64,000 nucleotides of DNA from a virus, in the IMG/VR virus record IMGVR_UViG_3300028786_000006, positions 98,342-162,341 of that record. The stretch is one strand, 5' to 3'. Under the pieces are notes generated by a model. The model was not told the origin of the DNA, ran no database searches, and saw nothing but the letters and a program-made list of their open reading frames with translations. The number at the start of each line of letters is the position of its first letter. The first letter of the stretch is position 1. Positions 1-9,777 of the stretch are shown piece after piece. Both the position numbers and the translations under genes were made by a program.

Positions 1-984
1 ATGGGCCTCCCAACGGATCTGAGCCTTATTACGACAAACATGACCCCAGCCAAGCTGGCCCGTGTTTGTGCCGCCCTTGACCGCGAGAGCCCCCACCGGG
101 CGGACATCAAGTGGAACGAAACCACTGAGCTGGCCGGCTACCTCCATGCCAAATTCACTCTTCATGGCGAGACGTACACGCTGGACGAAGAGTTTGAAAT
201 GGTCAAGAGCATGTACCTGGAACCGTGTCGCCGCCAGCCGGCGGGACCGTTCATGTCGGTTGTGCGCGGTACGTCAGGCACCGGCAAGGGCACCCGCGTT
301 TGCCAGGTGCTGGAATACCTGAAGACCAAGTTCGAACCAACCACTCTGAACTTCGAGTTCGAAGGGAAGACCAAGCAGTACGGTATCTGCTTCGAAGACC
401 TCAAACTGATCTTCATCGGCACCACGACCAAGTCCAACAAGTCAGGTCTGTCCAGCTGGTCGTCTATGGACTACATCCATAGCACCGTGAAGAAGGCAGA
501 AAACGCCCGGCCGATCGCCAAGTCATGGATCGAAAAGGGCTACAGCCTGGTCCTGGAAGGCGAGCCAATGATGCAGTCGGACAAGTTCCGACCGTTGTTC
601 ATGCAACCTTACTTCGGCGTCGCCCGCTTCCTGATGCCTCACTATTGGTACCAGAACCGTGAACAATATGACGAGCGCATCATGGGGCGGTCGGGTAAAC
701 TTGCTGGCGATAGTGGTTGGGGCCGCAACGAGTCGTATAAGCGAGAGTATGAACGCACCCTGGAAGAGCTTCAGGAGCTGGAGCTGGATGCTACCGGTTG
801 CACACTGCTCCCTCACGACGCGCCCCTGGAGGGCTACGGTGCCTCACTGCTGGCATACCTTGGGCGTGCTGACCTCATTGACGAATTCGTCCGATGGACA
901 GCTGAGAACCCAATGCTCCGGTCGATAGGCGGCGGCAACCCGCTGGCCACGACCAACAACGTCTTCGACATCTTCGGTGCATGA
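1..984 (+). CDS. P-loop kinase, probable 5-hydroxymethyluridine DNA kinase (5-HMUDK-like); may be 5'-partial
   Basis: Walker A VRGTSGTGKGT, LVLEG Walker-B-like strand, lid-like ERIMGRSG. Overlaps the amino acid:DNA transferase gene. The ATG sits at the window edge. Confidence 0.7.
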   Translation: MGLPTDLSLITTNMTPAKLARVCAALDRESPHRADIKWNETTELAGYLHAKFTLHGETYTLDEEFEMVKSMYLEPCRRQPAGPFMSVVRGTSGTGKGTRVCQVLEYLKTKFEPTTLNFEFEGKTKQYGICFEDLKLIFIGTTTKSNKSGLSSWSSMDYIHSTVKKAENARPIAKSWIEKGYSLVLEGEPMMQSDKFRPLFMQPYFGVARFLMPHYWYQNREQYDERIMGRSGKLAGDSGWGRNESYKREYERTLEELQELELDATGCTLLPHDAPLEGYGASLLAYLGRADLIDEFVRWTAENPMLRSIGGGNPLATTNNVFDIFGA

Positions 985-2209
985 CATGATAGTTGAAAAG
1001 CAGTACAAACACCCGGCCCTGTCGGAGTTCATCTACCCCATCGAAAAGGGCGTGGACTACCGGCTGAAAGAAAACCGGGCGCACCTCGCCTTTGCCTGGC
1101 AAGAAACCCTCTGCTACACCGAGGAGCACAACCAGCAGCTTCGGTTGATGCTTTGGGCCATCGACAACCAGGACATCAGCGCCGTGCGCGCCCTGGAACA
1201 GAAGCTGTGGTGTGCGTTCCTGTGGGGTTGCTGCTACAACCTGATCGGCCCGTGGGCCATCATGCAAGAGTACCCTGAGCCCCCACGCGGTAAGGACGGC
1301 CTGCAGCGATTCGCTGACTGGTACAACAAGAATTTCGACCGGATGCGCTTCGATACCGACTGCCGCTACCGCAAGTCGAAAATGATCGCATGCGTGACCA
1401 GCTATGTCGAATGGCTGGAGGGTAAGGACCAGTTCGCGGCCTTCGCCCCGATCATTCAGCTGGGTAACAAGAAAGAGCAGTTCCAGCAACTATGGGACGC
1501 TTGTAACAGCTGGAAGTTCTTCGGTCGACTGAGCAACTGGAACACCATCGAGGCGATCGAGCTCGCCACCGACCACCATTACAAGATCGACATCCCATCG
1601 TTCATGTTGACGGACGTCAGTGGTTCTGAGTCCAATCGCAACGGCGCGGCCTTCCTGGCTGGTCACGACGAGCTTGTCACTAAGCACGGCAAGCGCAAGG
1701 ACACTGGTGAGACCATCAGCCAGGCGGACTGTGAGAAGCTCGAAGTTTTGGCTGAAATGTACTTCCAGCAGGCCAAAGCCGACCTGGGCCACCTCAGCTT
1801 CATCAACCGTCTGAACGCCGAGACCAGCATCTTCTGTTGGTTCAAGAAGTTCTTCCGTCTGAAGTCCACCCGTTATGTGGGCTGGGATGGCGAGCGGACT
1901 TACGAAGAGCTGCAGTACATGCATCGGGAATGGCCTGAAGCCAACCTGGAGCCTCTGTGGGAAGCGCGGTATGCCCTGCTCCCAGACTTCCTGCTATGTG
2001 AACAGGCGCCCGAGGGCGAGCAGCGCGGCGTGAACAAAGCCAAGATGCCGCTGTTCTACGAGACCGGCTTCCCCGAGCACATCTACAAGTTCCAGCGCGG
2101 TGAACGTTGGTCGTTCCCCGAAGTAATCACCACCCCGGCCCGCAAACCAGCCCTAAACAAACCGACTGTCGCGGATACCACCCACAGCCTCAACGACTTC
2201 TTCGGATAA
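977..2209 (+). CDS. Amino acid:DNA transferase (aGPT-Pplase2/ADDT family) for thymidine hypermodification
   Basis: GVDYRL..NR, FDTDCRYRK, HhH-like FFGRLSNW and DVSGSESNRNG motifs typical of ViI/M6-type transferases. Confidence 0.8.
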   Translation: MHDMIVEKQYKHPALSEFIYPIEKGVDYRLKENRAHLAFAWQETLCYTEEHNQQLRLMLWAIDNQDISAVRALEQKLWCAFLWGCCYNLIGPWAIMQEYPEPPRGKDGLQRFADWYNKNFDRMRFDTDCRYRKSKMIACVTSYVEWLEGKDQFAAFAPIIQLGNKKEQFQQLWDACNSWKFFGRLSNWNTIEAIELATDHHYKIDIPSFMLTDVSGSESNRNGAAFLAGHDELVTKHGKRKDTGETISQADCEKLEVLAEMYFQQAKADLGHLSFINRLNAETSIFCWFKKFFRLKSTRYVGWDGERTYEELQYMHREWPEANLEPLWEARYALLPDFLLCEQAPEGEQRGVNKAKMPLFYETGFPEHIYKFQRGERWSFPEVITTPARKPALNKPTVADTTHSLNDFFG

Positions 2210-2212
2210 CCC

Positions 2213-2389
2213 ATGATCTACAAGAAAGACGACCGCCCGGATTGCCCGGCCTGCGGTGACCCCCTTGACGAGACCTGCAAAGAGCTTGCCAAGGCCGGCG
2301 GTACGCACAACCACTACTGTGGTGCTGTGTACACAGTTCGTAAACTCAACAACGGTCAATATGACGTTGCCTATGACGGGAATGCGTAA
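2213..2389 (+). CDS. Small Zn-ribbon-like protein (58 aa, below ORF-track cutoff)
   Basis: MIYKKDDRPDCPACG...HNHYCG. Fills the gap exactly and its TAA overlaps the next ATG. Confidence 0.65.
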   Translation: MIYKKDDRPDCPACGDPLDETCKELAKAGGTHNHYCGAVYTVRKLNNGQYDVAYDGNA

Positions 2390-2952
2390 TGAGCAAGAAG
2401 ATGAAGGCGCAGCACGCGCTTATCACTGAACACTTTTCGAAGCTGGACGGTGTCCACTACCTGCGTCTGACCGATGCGACCCTGGTCGCCAAAATGACCG
2501 ATGACCAGATCCTGTCGTTCTGTGGGCATCACCTGTCTAAGCAGACAGGGCTGCCGGTGCGTGGCCTGGCGGTTGCCCCCGGCTTCCACCTGACCGCCAA
2601 GAGCATGATGTACTTCAACTTCAACTTCTTCAACACCGACGACTCGATCTCGGCAGTTGAGCTGCGCGGTAAGCTGCGTTCGAAGTTGGAACCACACCAG
2701 GCCGGCCACTACCCCGAGCTGTTCCGCTTCGGCGTGGGTAAGGCTGACTTCTTCTGGGTGGTGGGTGAAGTTGACCGCAGCACCCAGATCGTGCGCTTCT
2801 CGTACGTTGGTCACGTCGACCGCCCGGCAACCTTCTTCCGACGCATCCGGGTCAGCCGCGAAATGGCTCCTGGGCAGCTGACCAACGTACGCCAGTCGAC
2901 TCACTACATCGACCCGGAATACAAGAAGCAGTATGTGTCGGAGCTGGCATAA
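2389..2952 (+). CDS. Hypothetical protein within hypermodification operon
   Basis: TAATG-coupled on both sides, with phage-like codon usage. Confidence 0.6.
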   Translation: MSKKMKAQHALITEHFSKLDGVHYLRLTDATLVAKMTDDQILSFCGHHLSKQTGLPVRGLAVAPGFHLTAKSMMYFNFNFFNTDDSISAVELRGKLRSKLEPHQAGHYPELFRFGVGKADFFWVVGEVDRSTQIVRFSYVGHVDRPATFFRRIRVSREMAPGQLTNVRQSTHYIDPEYKKQYVSELA

Positions 2953-4130
2953 TGCAAGGGCGCCCGGCTGATATTCGTTACAATGGCGTCCGCCCTGACA
3001 AGATCGACAACGCCAATCCGAAGCTTAACCAAAAGAACCTGGGCCGGTGCTTGGATTGGATCGTCGAGCGCTACAAGATCCACGTGAAGAAAGACGTCCT
3101 GGGCCTACCCTCGCCCTGGACGGAAGACCCGGTACTACGGGACCACAAGTTCACGAACGTCCGGAGAGAGCACGACAGGGAGTCCAAGCACGTCATTCGT
3201 GGCATCTGCGAGAACCCATCCCTGTCGATGGAACAGAAGGTCCAAAACCTGATCATGTTCCGAATGTTCAATGTTTGGTCCACGGTCGAATTGATCGGCG
3301 GCCCCTTCACCAACTTCGGGTCGATTGACCTGGACGCGGTGCGGGCAAAGCTGAAGGTGGTTGATGGTGAGCGAGTGTTCACCAACGCCTTCAACTGCGG
3401 TGGCCTGAAGCAATGCCTGGCCTTTCCTGATCTCGATTATGTCAACCATGCGCACCAGCGCCGGGGTGGCATGATGGTCAAGGTGATGGACCTCCCGAAC
3501 ATGGCTGAGTCGGAAATGGACTACAAGGTAGCCCGTGACCTGGCGCAAGCTGAGCCCGATCGGTACTCCATCGAAGGGTGGGAACCGAACATGGCGATGC
3601 GGGTGGTTCGTTACCTGAACACCTTCTTCAAGAACAACCCAAACTGGGTGTCTGAGTTCTTGATGTCGAGCACTCAGAAGGCGGCGTTCCTGAAGCTGAA
3701 TGAAGTGCGAGGCATCAGCGAGTTCCTGGGTTACCAGATCTTCGTCGACTGCACGTACTGCCCGGAGTACCCGTTCAGCGAGAACGAGTTCACCATCGCC
3801 GGGCCGGGTTGTAAGATGGGCCTGGACTTCATCTTCGATGATCGCGACGGAATGACGTACGAGGAGTGCATCTTCTGGCTCCGCGATCATCAGGAAGAGT
3901 TGCTCTGGGACTTGAAGAGTGTTCACCACTCCGAGTTCATGGACGACCAATACGTCGAAGAGCAAACGTTCAGTGTCATGTCGTGGGAAAACGTCATGTG
4001 CGAGACGAGCAAGTACATCCGCTGTATGGATGCCCTGGAACGCGGTGACAAGCCTCGCACCAGGGTTAAGTTCAACGGCGGCGCAAGCAAAGCACCGTCA
4101 ACCACCAAATCAGTGCTGGACCTCTTCTGA
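2952..4130 (+). CDS. aGPT-Pplase1 family (HhH-glycosylase-like, hmdU-kinase-associated helical domain) protein
   Basis: ER..I...K......PWTEDPVLRDHKFTNVRREHDR, FRMFN, FLGYQIFVD, AGPGC..GL and ENVMCE.SKY motifs. Confidence 0.85.
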   Translation: MQGRPADIRYNGVRPDKIDNANPKLNQKNLGRCLDWIVERYKIHVKKDVLGLPSPWTEDPVLRDHKFTNVRREHDRESKHVIRGICENPSLSMEQKVQNLIMFRMFNVWSTVELIGGPFTNFGSIDLDAVRAKLKVVDGERVFTNAFNCGGLKQCLAFPDLDYVNHAHQRRGGMMVKVMDLPNMAESEMDYKVARDLAQAEPDRYSIEGWEPNMAMRVVRYLNTFFKNNPNWVSEFLMSSTQKAAFLKLNEVRGISEFLGYQIFVDCTYCPEYPFSENEFTIAGPGCKMGLDFIFDDRDGMTYEECIFWLRDHQEELLWDLKSVHHSEFMDDQYVEEQTFSVMSWENVMCETSKYIRCMDALERGDKPRTRVKFNGGASKAPSTTKSVLDLF

Positions 4131-4150
4131 GACCAGCTCTAGGAGTTTGA

Positions 4151-4513
4151 ATGATCAACCGCCTGAAACGGCTATTCGGGCGCAAGCCCAACCCGTCTCT
4201 ACAGCTCCAACAGCAACAATCCCGCGCCGGTCGTATACCACCTCCCACACCGGAGTTGGTCAAATACAACGATGAATTCCCCCTGAGTGCGTTCAATACG
4301 CCCAGGCAATCCAGAATCGTTGATACCATCCGTGATGTACCGGCTGAACGCGACCCAAGCCCGCCTCATGTACCTCGGGTCGCCTACGTTGAACGTGACG
4401 TGAGTGCATATGAAGCCCCGGTTCACCACCAAAGCGATAGCCATAGCCGTTGTGGCGGCGGGGATAGCCCTACGAGTGGCGATAGCGGTTCTCCTTGCGG
4501 GGGTACTGACTAA
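4151..4513 (+). CDS. Hypothetical low-complexity protein
   Basis: AGGAG SD; Ser/Gly/Asp-rich C-terminus. Confidence 0.55.
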   Translation: MINRLKRLFGRKPNPSLQLQQQQSRAGRIPPPTPELVKYNDEFPLSAFNTPRQSRIVDTIRDVPAERDPSPPHVPRVAYVERDVSAYEAPVHHQSDSHSRCGGGDSPTSGDSGSPCGGTD

Positions 4514-5034
4514 TGGCAGCCCTTAGACCTGTCCGCTACCTGGAAATTTCGCCACGCCAAACCGGCAAAACTGAACGTTTGGTTCAGGATGCGACCTACC
4601 AGCACGTCGTGAATAACAAGAAGATCGTCCTGGTTGGCATGAGAATGTCCTGGGCTCGCGACCTCATGCCATTCGTGTACGCCGCCGGTGAATCTGAAGA
4701 TGAGGTGCTTCGCCAAATCGGCGGCCGCGCCAAACCTGAAGAGCTCATGTGGTACTACGATGAGTTCGACCATATGCGTTCGCGATTCAGTATCCGCGAA
4801 AACGGCTATTACTGCACCACGGCCAAGTACGTGCGGACCTTCAGCAAGGAGCACCCTGAAGCGATCCTCACTGACCAGCTGTTGCAGCTCGTGGATGGGA
4901 ATGGTGGCGTGTATGCCACCTCGGCCCATAACCCGCTCAAACGGTCCAGCCTGGCTAAACACGTCCGCGACATCCACCCAGATGCCATCAAAACTGAGCT
5001 TAATGGCCAGCTGATCGCGTTTGAAGCAAGCTAA
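4513..5034 (+). CDS. Small P-loop NTPase-like protein (terminase/helicase-type Walker motifs)
   Basis: SPRQTGKT Walker A and WYYDEFD Walker B. Confidence 0.55.
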   Translation: MAALRPVRYLEISPRQTGKTERLVQDATYQHVVNNKKIVLVGMRMSWARDLMPFVYAAGESEDEVLRQIGGRAKPEELMWYYDEFDHMRSRFSIRENGYYCTTAKYVRTFSKEHPEAILTDQLLQLVDGNGGVYATSAHNPLKRSSLAKHVRDIHPDAIKTELNGQLIAFEAS

Positions 5035-5128
5035 ACCCCGTTTGAAGGCGTAACGCCTTTCTATCAACCTGGAGGCCATGTACAATAAGGCCTCTTAACG
5101 AATCAACACCCACATCCGAGGCATTTGA

Positions 5129-5812
5129 ATGACCCAGCAAGTAAAACTCTCCAAGGATACTCTTGAAGTCCTCAAGATGTTCAGCACCATCAACGGTAGC
5201 CTGGCATTCAAAGCCGGCAATAAGCTGCGCACCATCTCCCCAGGCGGCGGCGCGGTCTTTGCAGAAGTTGAGATCCCGGAAGAGTTCCCGATCCCTTTCA
5301 ACATCTACGAGCTGAACCGCTTCTTGAGCGTGTTGAGCCTGGCGACCATGAAAGAAGCCGTGCTCGAATTCAGCGACGACAAAAAGGTCGTGATCAAAGG
5401 CACCGGCGGCACCAAGATCAATTACTACTTCACCAGCGACTCCTTCGTCACGGCGCCGGACCGCGAGCTGAAGCTGCCAAGTGTTGACCTCGACGTCACC
5501 CTGACCCCGGAAGTGATCGACGGTTTCATGCGTGCTGCCAGCGCCCTGGGCCACAAGATCATGGCTTTCACCGTTCGCGGCGACGAAGCGTTCCTGGTCG
5601 GCACCAGCCCTGAGCTGGGCGATGCGTCCAACGACTACGAAGTCAGCCTGGGTACGGTTGAAGGCGCTTCTGAAGGCACCTACCGCCTGAAGATCGAGAA
5701 CATCAAGCTGTTGGCCGGCGACTACCGCGTCCAAGTCTGTGCTCGCGGCATGGTGGCCTTCTCCAACGAACAGCGCAAGCTCAAGGTGTTCGTCGGTCTG
5801 GAAATGGTCTAA
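5129..5812 (+). CDS. 45: Sliding clamp (T4 gp45-like)
   Basis: KLSKDTLEVLKMFSTIN, GNKLRTIS, FNIYELNRFL, ENIKLLAGDY; synteny 45-44-62-regA. Confidence 0.95.
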   Translation: MTQQVKLSKDTLEVLKMFSTINGSLAFKAGNKLRTISPGGGAVFAEVEIPEEFPIPFNIYELNRFLSVLSLATMKEAVLEFSDDKKVVIKGTGGTKINYYFTSDSFVTAPDRELKLPSVDLDVTLTPEVIDGFMRAASALGHKIMAFTVRGDEAFLVGTSPELGDASNDYEVSLGTVEGASEGTYRLKIENIKLLAGDYRVQVCARGMVAFSNEQRKLKVFVGLEMV

Positions 5813-5882
5813 TCGGCCACCCCGCTTGAAATCAGGTTGACCAACGGTTGACCTGATACACCCCGCTAACTTGAGGTTAAAC

Positions 5883-6833
5883 ATGTCGCAGCAAGAACAC
5901 ATCTGGGCTCAAAAGTACCGTCCCACCACCATCAGCGATATCATCCTGCCGGCCGGCCTGGTTAACGAACTGGCCAACTACGTCAAGGATGGCAAAGCGC
6001 CTCACCTGCTCCTCGCCAGCCGCTTGCCGGGCACCGGTAAGACCACCCTGGCCCTGGCCCTGTGTGCTGACCTGGGTGCAAACCCTCTGGTGATCAACGC
6101 CAGCCTGAACAACAGCATCGACGACATCCGCTCCAATGTGACCCAGTACGCTACCGGCGTATCCGTCATGGGCGGCCCGAAGATCGTTGTCCTGGACGAA
6201 GCCGAGCGTCTGTCCCAGGCCGCCCAAGAAGCCCTCAAAGGCATCCTCGAGGCTGTCTCCAAGAACTGCACGTTCATCCTTACGACCAACAACCCTCAGC
6301 GTATCATTGAGCCGCTGCGCGATCGTTGCATCGTCAAGGAATTCGTCTGGTCGGCCGAAGACACCACCGCCATGCGTGCCAAGATGATGCGCCGCTGCGC
6401 TGAAATCCTGACTGCTGAAGGCGTGACCTTCAAGCCGGCGGCCCTGGCCGGTGTTGTCAAGAAGCACTTCCCGAGCAACCGCCGTATCCTGAACACCCTT
6501 CAGGAATACTCGAACCAGTTCGACAAGAACATCGACGAAGGCATCCTGGGTATGCTCAACGTGGGTGACGTTGACAACCTGCTCGAAGCCCTGGTCAAGA
6601 AGGACTTCCAGGCCGTCAAAGAGTGGTGCTCCACCAACGCAGACCAGTTGTCTGACGGCATCTACCTCAAGCTGTTCGAAACCCTCAAGGACAGGCTGCA
6701 CCCTCAATCGGTGCCGCAGTTGATCTTGACCCTGGGCGACTTCCAGCGTTTCCACGCAACGGTCCCTGATCTGTTCATCCACAGCCTTGCGCTGATGACT
6801 ACCATCATGGCCGACTGCACCTTCACCAAGTAA
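5883..6833 (+). CDS. 44: Clamp loader large subunit (gp44-like AAA+)
   Basis: WAQKYRP, PGTGKTT, VVLDEAE and LRDRC motifs. Confidence 0.95.
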   Translation: MSQQEHIWAQKYRPTTISDIILPAGLVNELANYVKDGKAPHLLLASRLPGTGKTTLALALCADLGANPLVINASLNNSIDDIRSNVTQYATGVSVMGGPKIVVLDEAERLSQAAQEALKGILEAVSKNCTFILTTNNPQRIIEPLRDRCIVKEFVWSAEDTTAMRAKMMRRCAEILTAEGVTFKPAALAGVVKKHFPSNRRILNTLQEYSNQFDKNIDEGILGMLNVGDVDNLLEALVKKDFQAVKEWCSTNADQLSDGIYLKLFETLKDRLHPQSVPQLILTLGDFQRFHATVPDLFIHSLALMTTIMADCTFTK

Positions 6834-6845
6834 GGGGCGACTGCT

Positions 6846-7262
6846 ATGGCTGACGATGGTAAAATTGGACTGTTTGATTGGCTCAACGCCTTGAACAGCT
6901 CCAAAACCGAGCTGATGGTAGACGAGGCGAGTGAGAAGTCGTTCGACCCGTTCATTATCCGCCGGGGCGTTGCCCAGAACATGGACACCGTCCTCCTCGC
7001 GCAAGAGATGAACAAACTCCACGCCCTGCCAAAGCGGATGGTGCATGACTTCTTTATGAAGGCCATCACCAGGAAGAAGCGGTACGGGAAGTGGGCAAAG
7101 AAAGAGGTGGTGGACTCGGGTATTACCGTGATCTCCGCCTACTATAAGGTCTCCATCCGGGAGGCCACCGAATACGCCAAGCTGATGACCCCAGAGCAGA
7201 TCAAAGAGCTCGAAGGTCGGATGGACCAAGGCGGCCGCAAGGGCGAAAAGAGCGGCAAGTGA
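6846..7262 (+). CDS. 62: Clamp loader small subunit (gp62-like)
   Basis: LFDWLN, PFIIRR, AQEMN, KKRYGKWAK, YYKVS; synteny. Confidence 0.93.
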   Translation: MADDGKIGLFDWLNALNSSKTELMVDEASEKSFDPFIIRRGVAQNMDTVLLAQEMNKLHALPKRMVHDFFMKAITRKKRYGKWAKKEVVDSGITVISAYYKVSIREATEYAKLMTPEQIKELEGRMDQGGRKGEKSGK

Positions 7263-7282
7263 TTTCTGGAGTAAGGCGTAAC

Positions 7283-7768
7283 ATGAGCATCAAAGCAGTT
7301 GATTTGGTTAATTCGCCGTTGAGTGGCGATGAAATTTTGCCGTACATGGTCGAGGTTAGTTTGCCGACCGCCATCCAGGATGAGCGTGATGCTTTCCTGA
7401 AGATTCGTGAAACACTGACCCGCATTGGCATTGCCTCCCGTCGCGACGTCAACACCCTGTACCAAACTTGCCACATCCTGAGCAAGCGCGGCAAGTTCTA
7501 CATCTGCCACTTCAAGAGCATGTTCGTGCTCGACGGTCGCGAGAACAATCTGAGCGTGAGCGACATTGCCCGCCAGAACCGCATTGCCCGCCTGTTACAA
7601 GAATGGGGCCTGCTGACCATCCTGGACCCATCCATCTGCGACGAACCCGTTGCGAGCATGGGTAACCTGAAGGTCATCCCACACCGCGAGCGCTCTGAGT
7701 GGATTTTATCGCCAAAATATCAGATAGGCAAGAAAGGCGGCCCTAACACGCCCGGTGCAACTTTGTAA
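7283..7768 (+). CDS. regA: Translational repressor RegA
   Basis: FLKIRETLTRIGIAS, LYQTCHIL.KRG.FYI.HFK, LLQEWGL, W.L.PKY.IG. Confidence 0.95.
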   Translation: MSIKAVDLVNSPLSGDEILPYMVEVSLPTAIQDERDAFLKIRETLTRIGIASRRDVNTLYQTCHILSKRGKFYICHFKSMFVLDGRENNLSVSDIARQNRIARLLQEWGLLTILDPSICDEPVASMGNLKVIPHRERSEWILSPKYQIGKKGGPNTPGATL

Positions 7769-8660
7769 AATTGCACACGTCGATCTCCTTTCGACAGAAC
7801 GAACAGCACACCCTGGGCCGCGAAGTAGCGGCCTGTTTCATCCGGTCTTTGGTCGCATCGCTCGCCCGCTTACCGACGAACTTCTGAATATGAGCTTCTG
7901 TCATCTTCCGGCCTTTGGCCCAACCGTCTAACCGGTATTTTTGAAGATGGCTAGCATCAATCCTCAGATGGTCGTCACCCCGGTTAACCCAGATGGTGCC
8001 CTTGACAGCATCGGAAATATCAGACTTTGATGCAGGGTTGGATTTGATCCACCCATCGGCGAGTAGGGCATCAACTTCTTCGGGGCGTACCATGCGGCGT
8101 TCGCCAGTGGGTGATAAGACCCACACGGTGCCTTTTGCATTTGTGTTACCCATGAGACCTGGTGGTGTGCCTATTACCCAACTGTCGTCCAGGTAGGGTT
8201 GGAGGTTTTCGATCTTCACCCTCTTGGTAACCCCTCCCCTGGTTATGAACTTGCGGCCCTTGGCGGCTTCTGATAAATGGGAGAAGTCGCTGTTGCGGTG
8301 TTCGATTCTGAGCTTCTCGAACATCCTGGAATTGATCTTGTACGTGCGACCATCGCGTGTACCGGTACACATGGCCCAGAACCCGAACCGAGTGTCTCGG
8401 TTACCAGGTAACGCCCTCCACAGTATGGCGTGCGCGATGTAGTGTGCACGCGGCGACAGAGGGGCTGTGTTCCAAGGGTGTTTGGCTAAGCTGGTGAACT
8501 GAGGAAACAAGCCAGGGGCTTTGGGAAGGATGTGGTGGTTCTCTACAACGGAGGCCGCCGGCTGGGACAGGACGAACTTCAGGTAACGAATAAGGTGATG
8601 CTGATTCACTGGTACGTTGAGATCGTTGAATTGCTTGATAAAGAAATTGATGGTTTTCAT
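7743..8660 (-). mobile_element. Free-standing HNH homing endonuclease (Mob-like) with repeated C-terminal DNA-binding modules
   Basis: ENHHILPK...N...LSPRAHYIAHAILW HNH core, three W/F-I/V-x-x-G...GW repeats and a terminal CxxC. Lies opposite to all neighbours and overlaps the regA 3' end. Confidence 0.85.
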
Positions 8661-8734
8661 TTCGGTTTCACTAATTGGCTATGAAGTAGTTAGCGAACCG
8701 TGTAAGAACCGAAGTATGCCATTGGCGCGACGCC

Positions 8735-9292
8735 ATGAATTTAGAGGATTTACCGTTGAACACCACTGCAAATGTAATTCCAACCAACACCGAAGCCTGC
8801 CTGGTTCAGACCACGTTCCAAAAGAACACCATCATGAACCTGGCCTTCGGTAACCCCAAGGGCGACAAGCATAACCCGGACTGGGCTGCCATCGAGCGTC
8901 AGTACAAGATCAGCCTGTCGGAAATGCTGGAAATTGGTAAGGCGATCGAGGATCGCAATTTCAAGGAAGTGATCGACGGCATCGCCGACGTGACCACCAC
9001 CAACGACGGCCTGGCGCACATTGCCGGTGTCAACGGTGACGTGGCACTGGACTGCGTGTATCGCAGCAACATGTCCAAGTTCTGCGCAGATGGTGCTGAA
9101 GTGGACGCCACCCTGGCCAAGTACGCAGCCAAGGGCGTGGAACTGACAGTTCACGGCGTTTACCCGGCCGCGTTCGTTCGCTCAGCCAAAGAGCAGCTGC
9201 TCGACGGCGAAATCATTCCTGCAGGCAAGTTCCTGAAGGGTATCAACTACAACCGCCCGGACTTCTCCGCGGTGATGGCGACGGCAGACTGA
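8735..9292 (+). CDS. MazG-like/PRA-PH nucleoside triphosphate pyrophosphohydrolase
   Basis: SE..E, EVIDGIADV, VYRSNMSK and GKFLKG..Y..PD motifs. Confidence 0.8.
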   Translation: MNLEDLPLNTTANVIPTNTEACLVQTTFQKNTIMNLAFGNPKGDKHNPDWAAIERQYKISLSEMLEIGKAIEDRNFKEVIDGIADVTTTNDGLAHIAGVNGDVALDCVYRSNMSKFCADGAEVDATLAKYAAKGVELTVHGVYPAAFVRSAKEQLLDGEIIPAGKFLKGINYNRPDFSAVMATAD

Positions 9293-9294
9293 AC

Positions 9295-9699
9295 ATGAGC
9301 CTCATTACGAAACTGAAAGCGGCCTGGGCTCTCCTGGTCGCGAAGGAAACCATCACGGCCCAGATGATCCGTGGGTTCGGGGATCCGAAAGCTGAAGCTA
9401 GCCTTCAGTGCCCAGTGGAACTGGCCCAGGGCGCGCTGAGCGTCTTCCGCACTGCACTGTCTAGCGCTGAAGACGCGCTCGATACTCTGAACAAGCAACG
9501 GTCCAGGCATTCGGCCGACGTACAGGTTCTGGTGGATTCGCTGTCGTCACACGATGCTGAAATCGCTTCCCTGGAAAACGCGGCGGACCAGATCCGTGGC
9601 CTGCTCGGTCTGAAAGTGGAGGCTATCCAGCCCCTGGCGCACGTGAACGTAGCCGGTACTCAGCAACCAATCCTCCCACCTGGTTACATCCCAGGCTGA
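9295..9699 (+). CDS. Hypothetical coiled-coil protein
   Basis: TGA-AC-ATG coupling; heptad-rich central region. Confidence 0.55.
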   Translation: MSLITKLKAAWALLVAKETITAQMIRGFGDPKAEASLQCPVELAQGALSVFRTALSSAEDALDTLNKQRSRHSADVQVLVDSLSSHDAEIASLENAADQIRGLLGLKVEAIQPLAHVNVAGTQQPILPPGYIPG

Positions 9700-9749
9700 G
9701 GAACATGATCTAGCCTTGAAATGTTGAACTATGAATAAAGGTCTTCGTG

Positions 9750-9777
9750 TTGCGCGGCCGCTCGGGTCGCGTATACT
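9750..9777 (+). promoter_or_regulatory. sigma70-type early promoter
   Basis: TTGCGC-16-TATACT followed by GAGCTCA. Confidence 0.65.

Noticed and set aside
2389-2952. RegB endoribonuclease
   Set aside because: Only a faint GFHL/FW resemblance; the His/Arg catalytic segment of T4 RegB is not evident.
4513-5034. Terminase large subunit
   Set aside because: Only 173 aa with no nuclease domain; the Walker motifs alone are insufficient.
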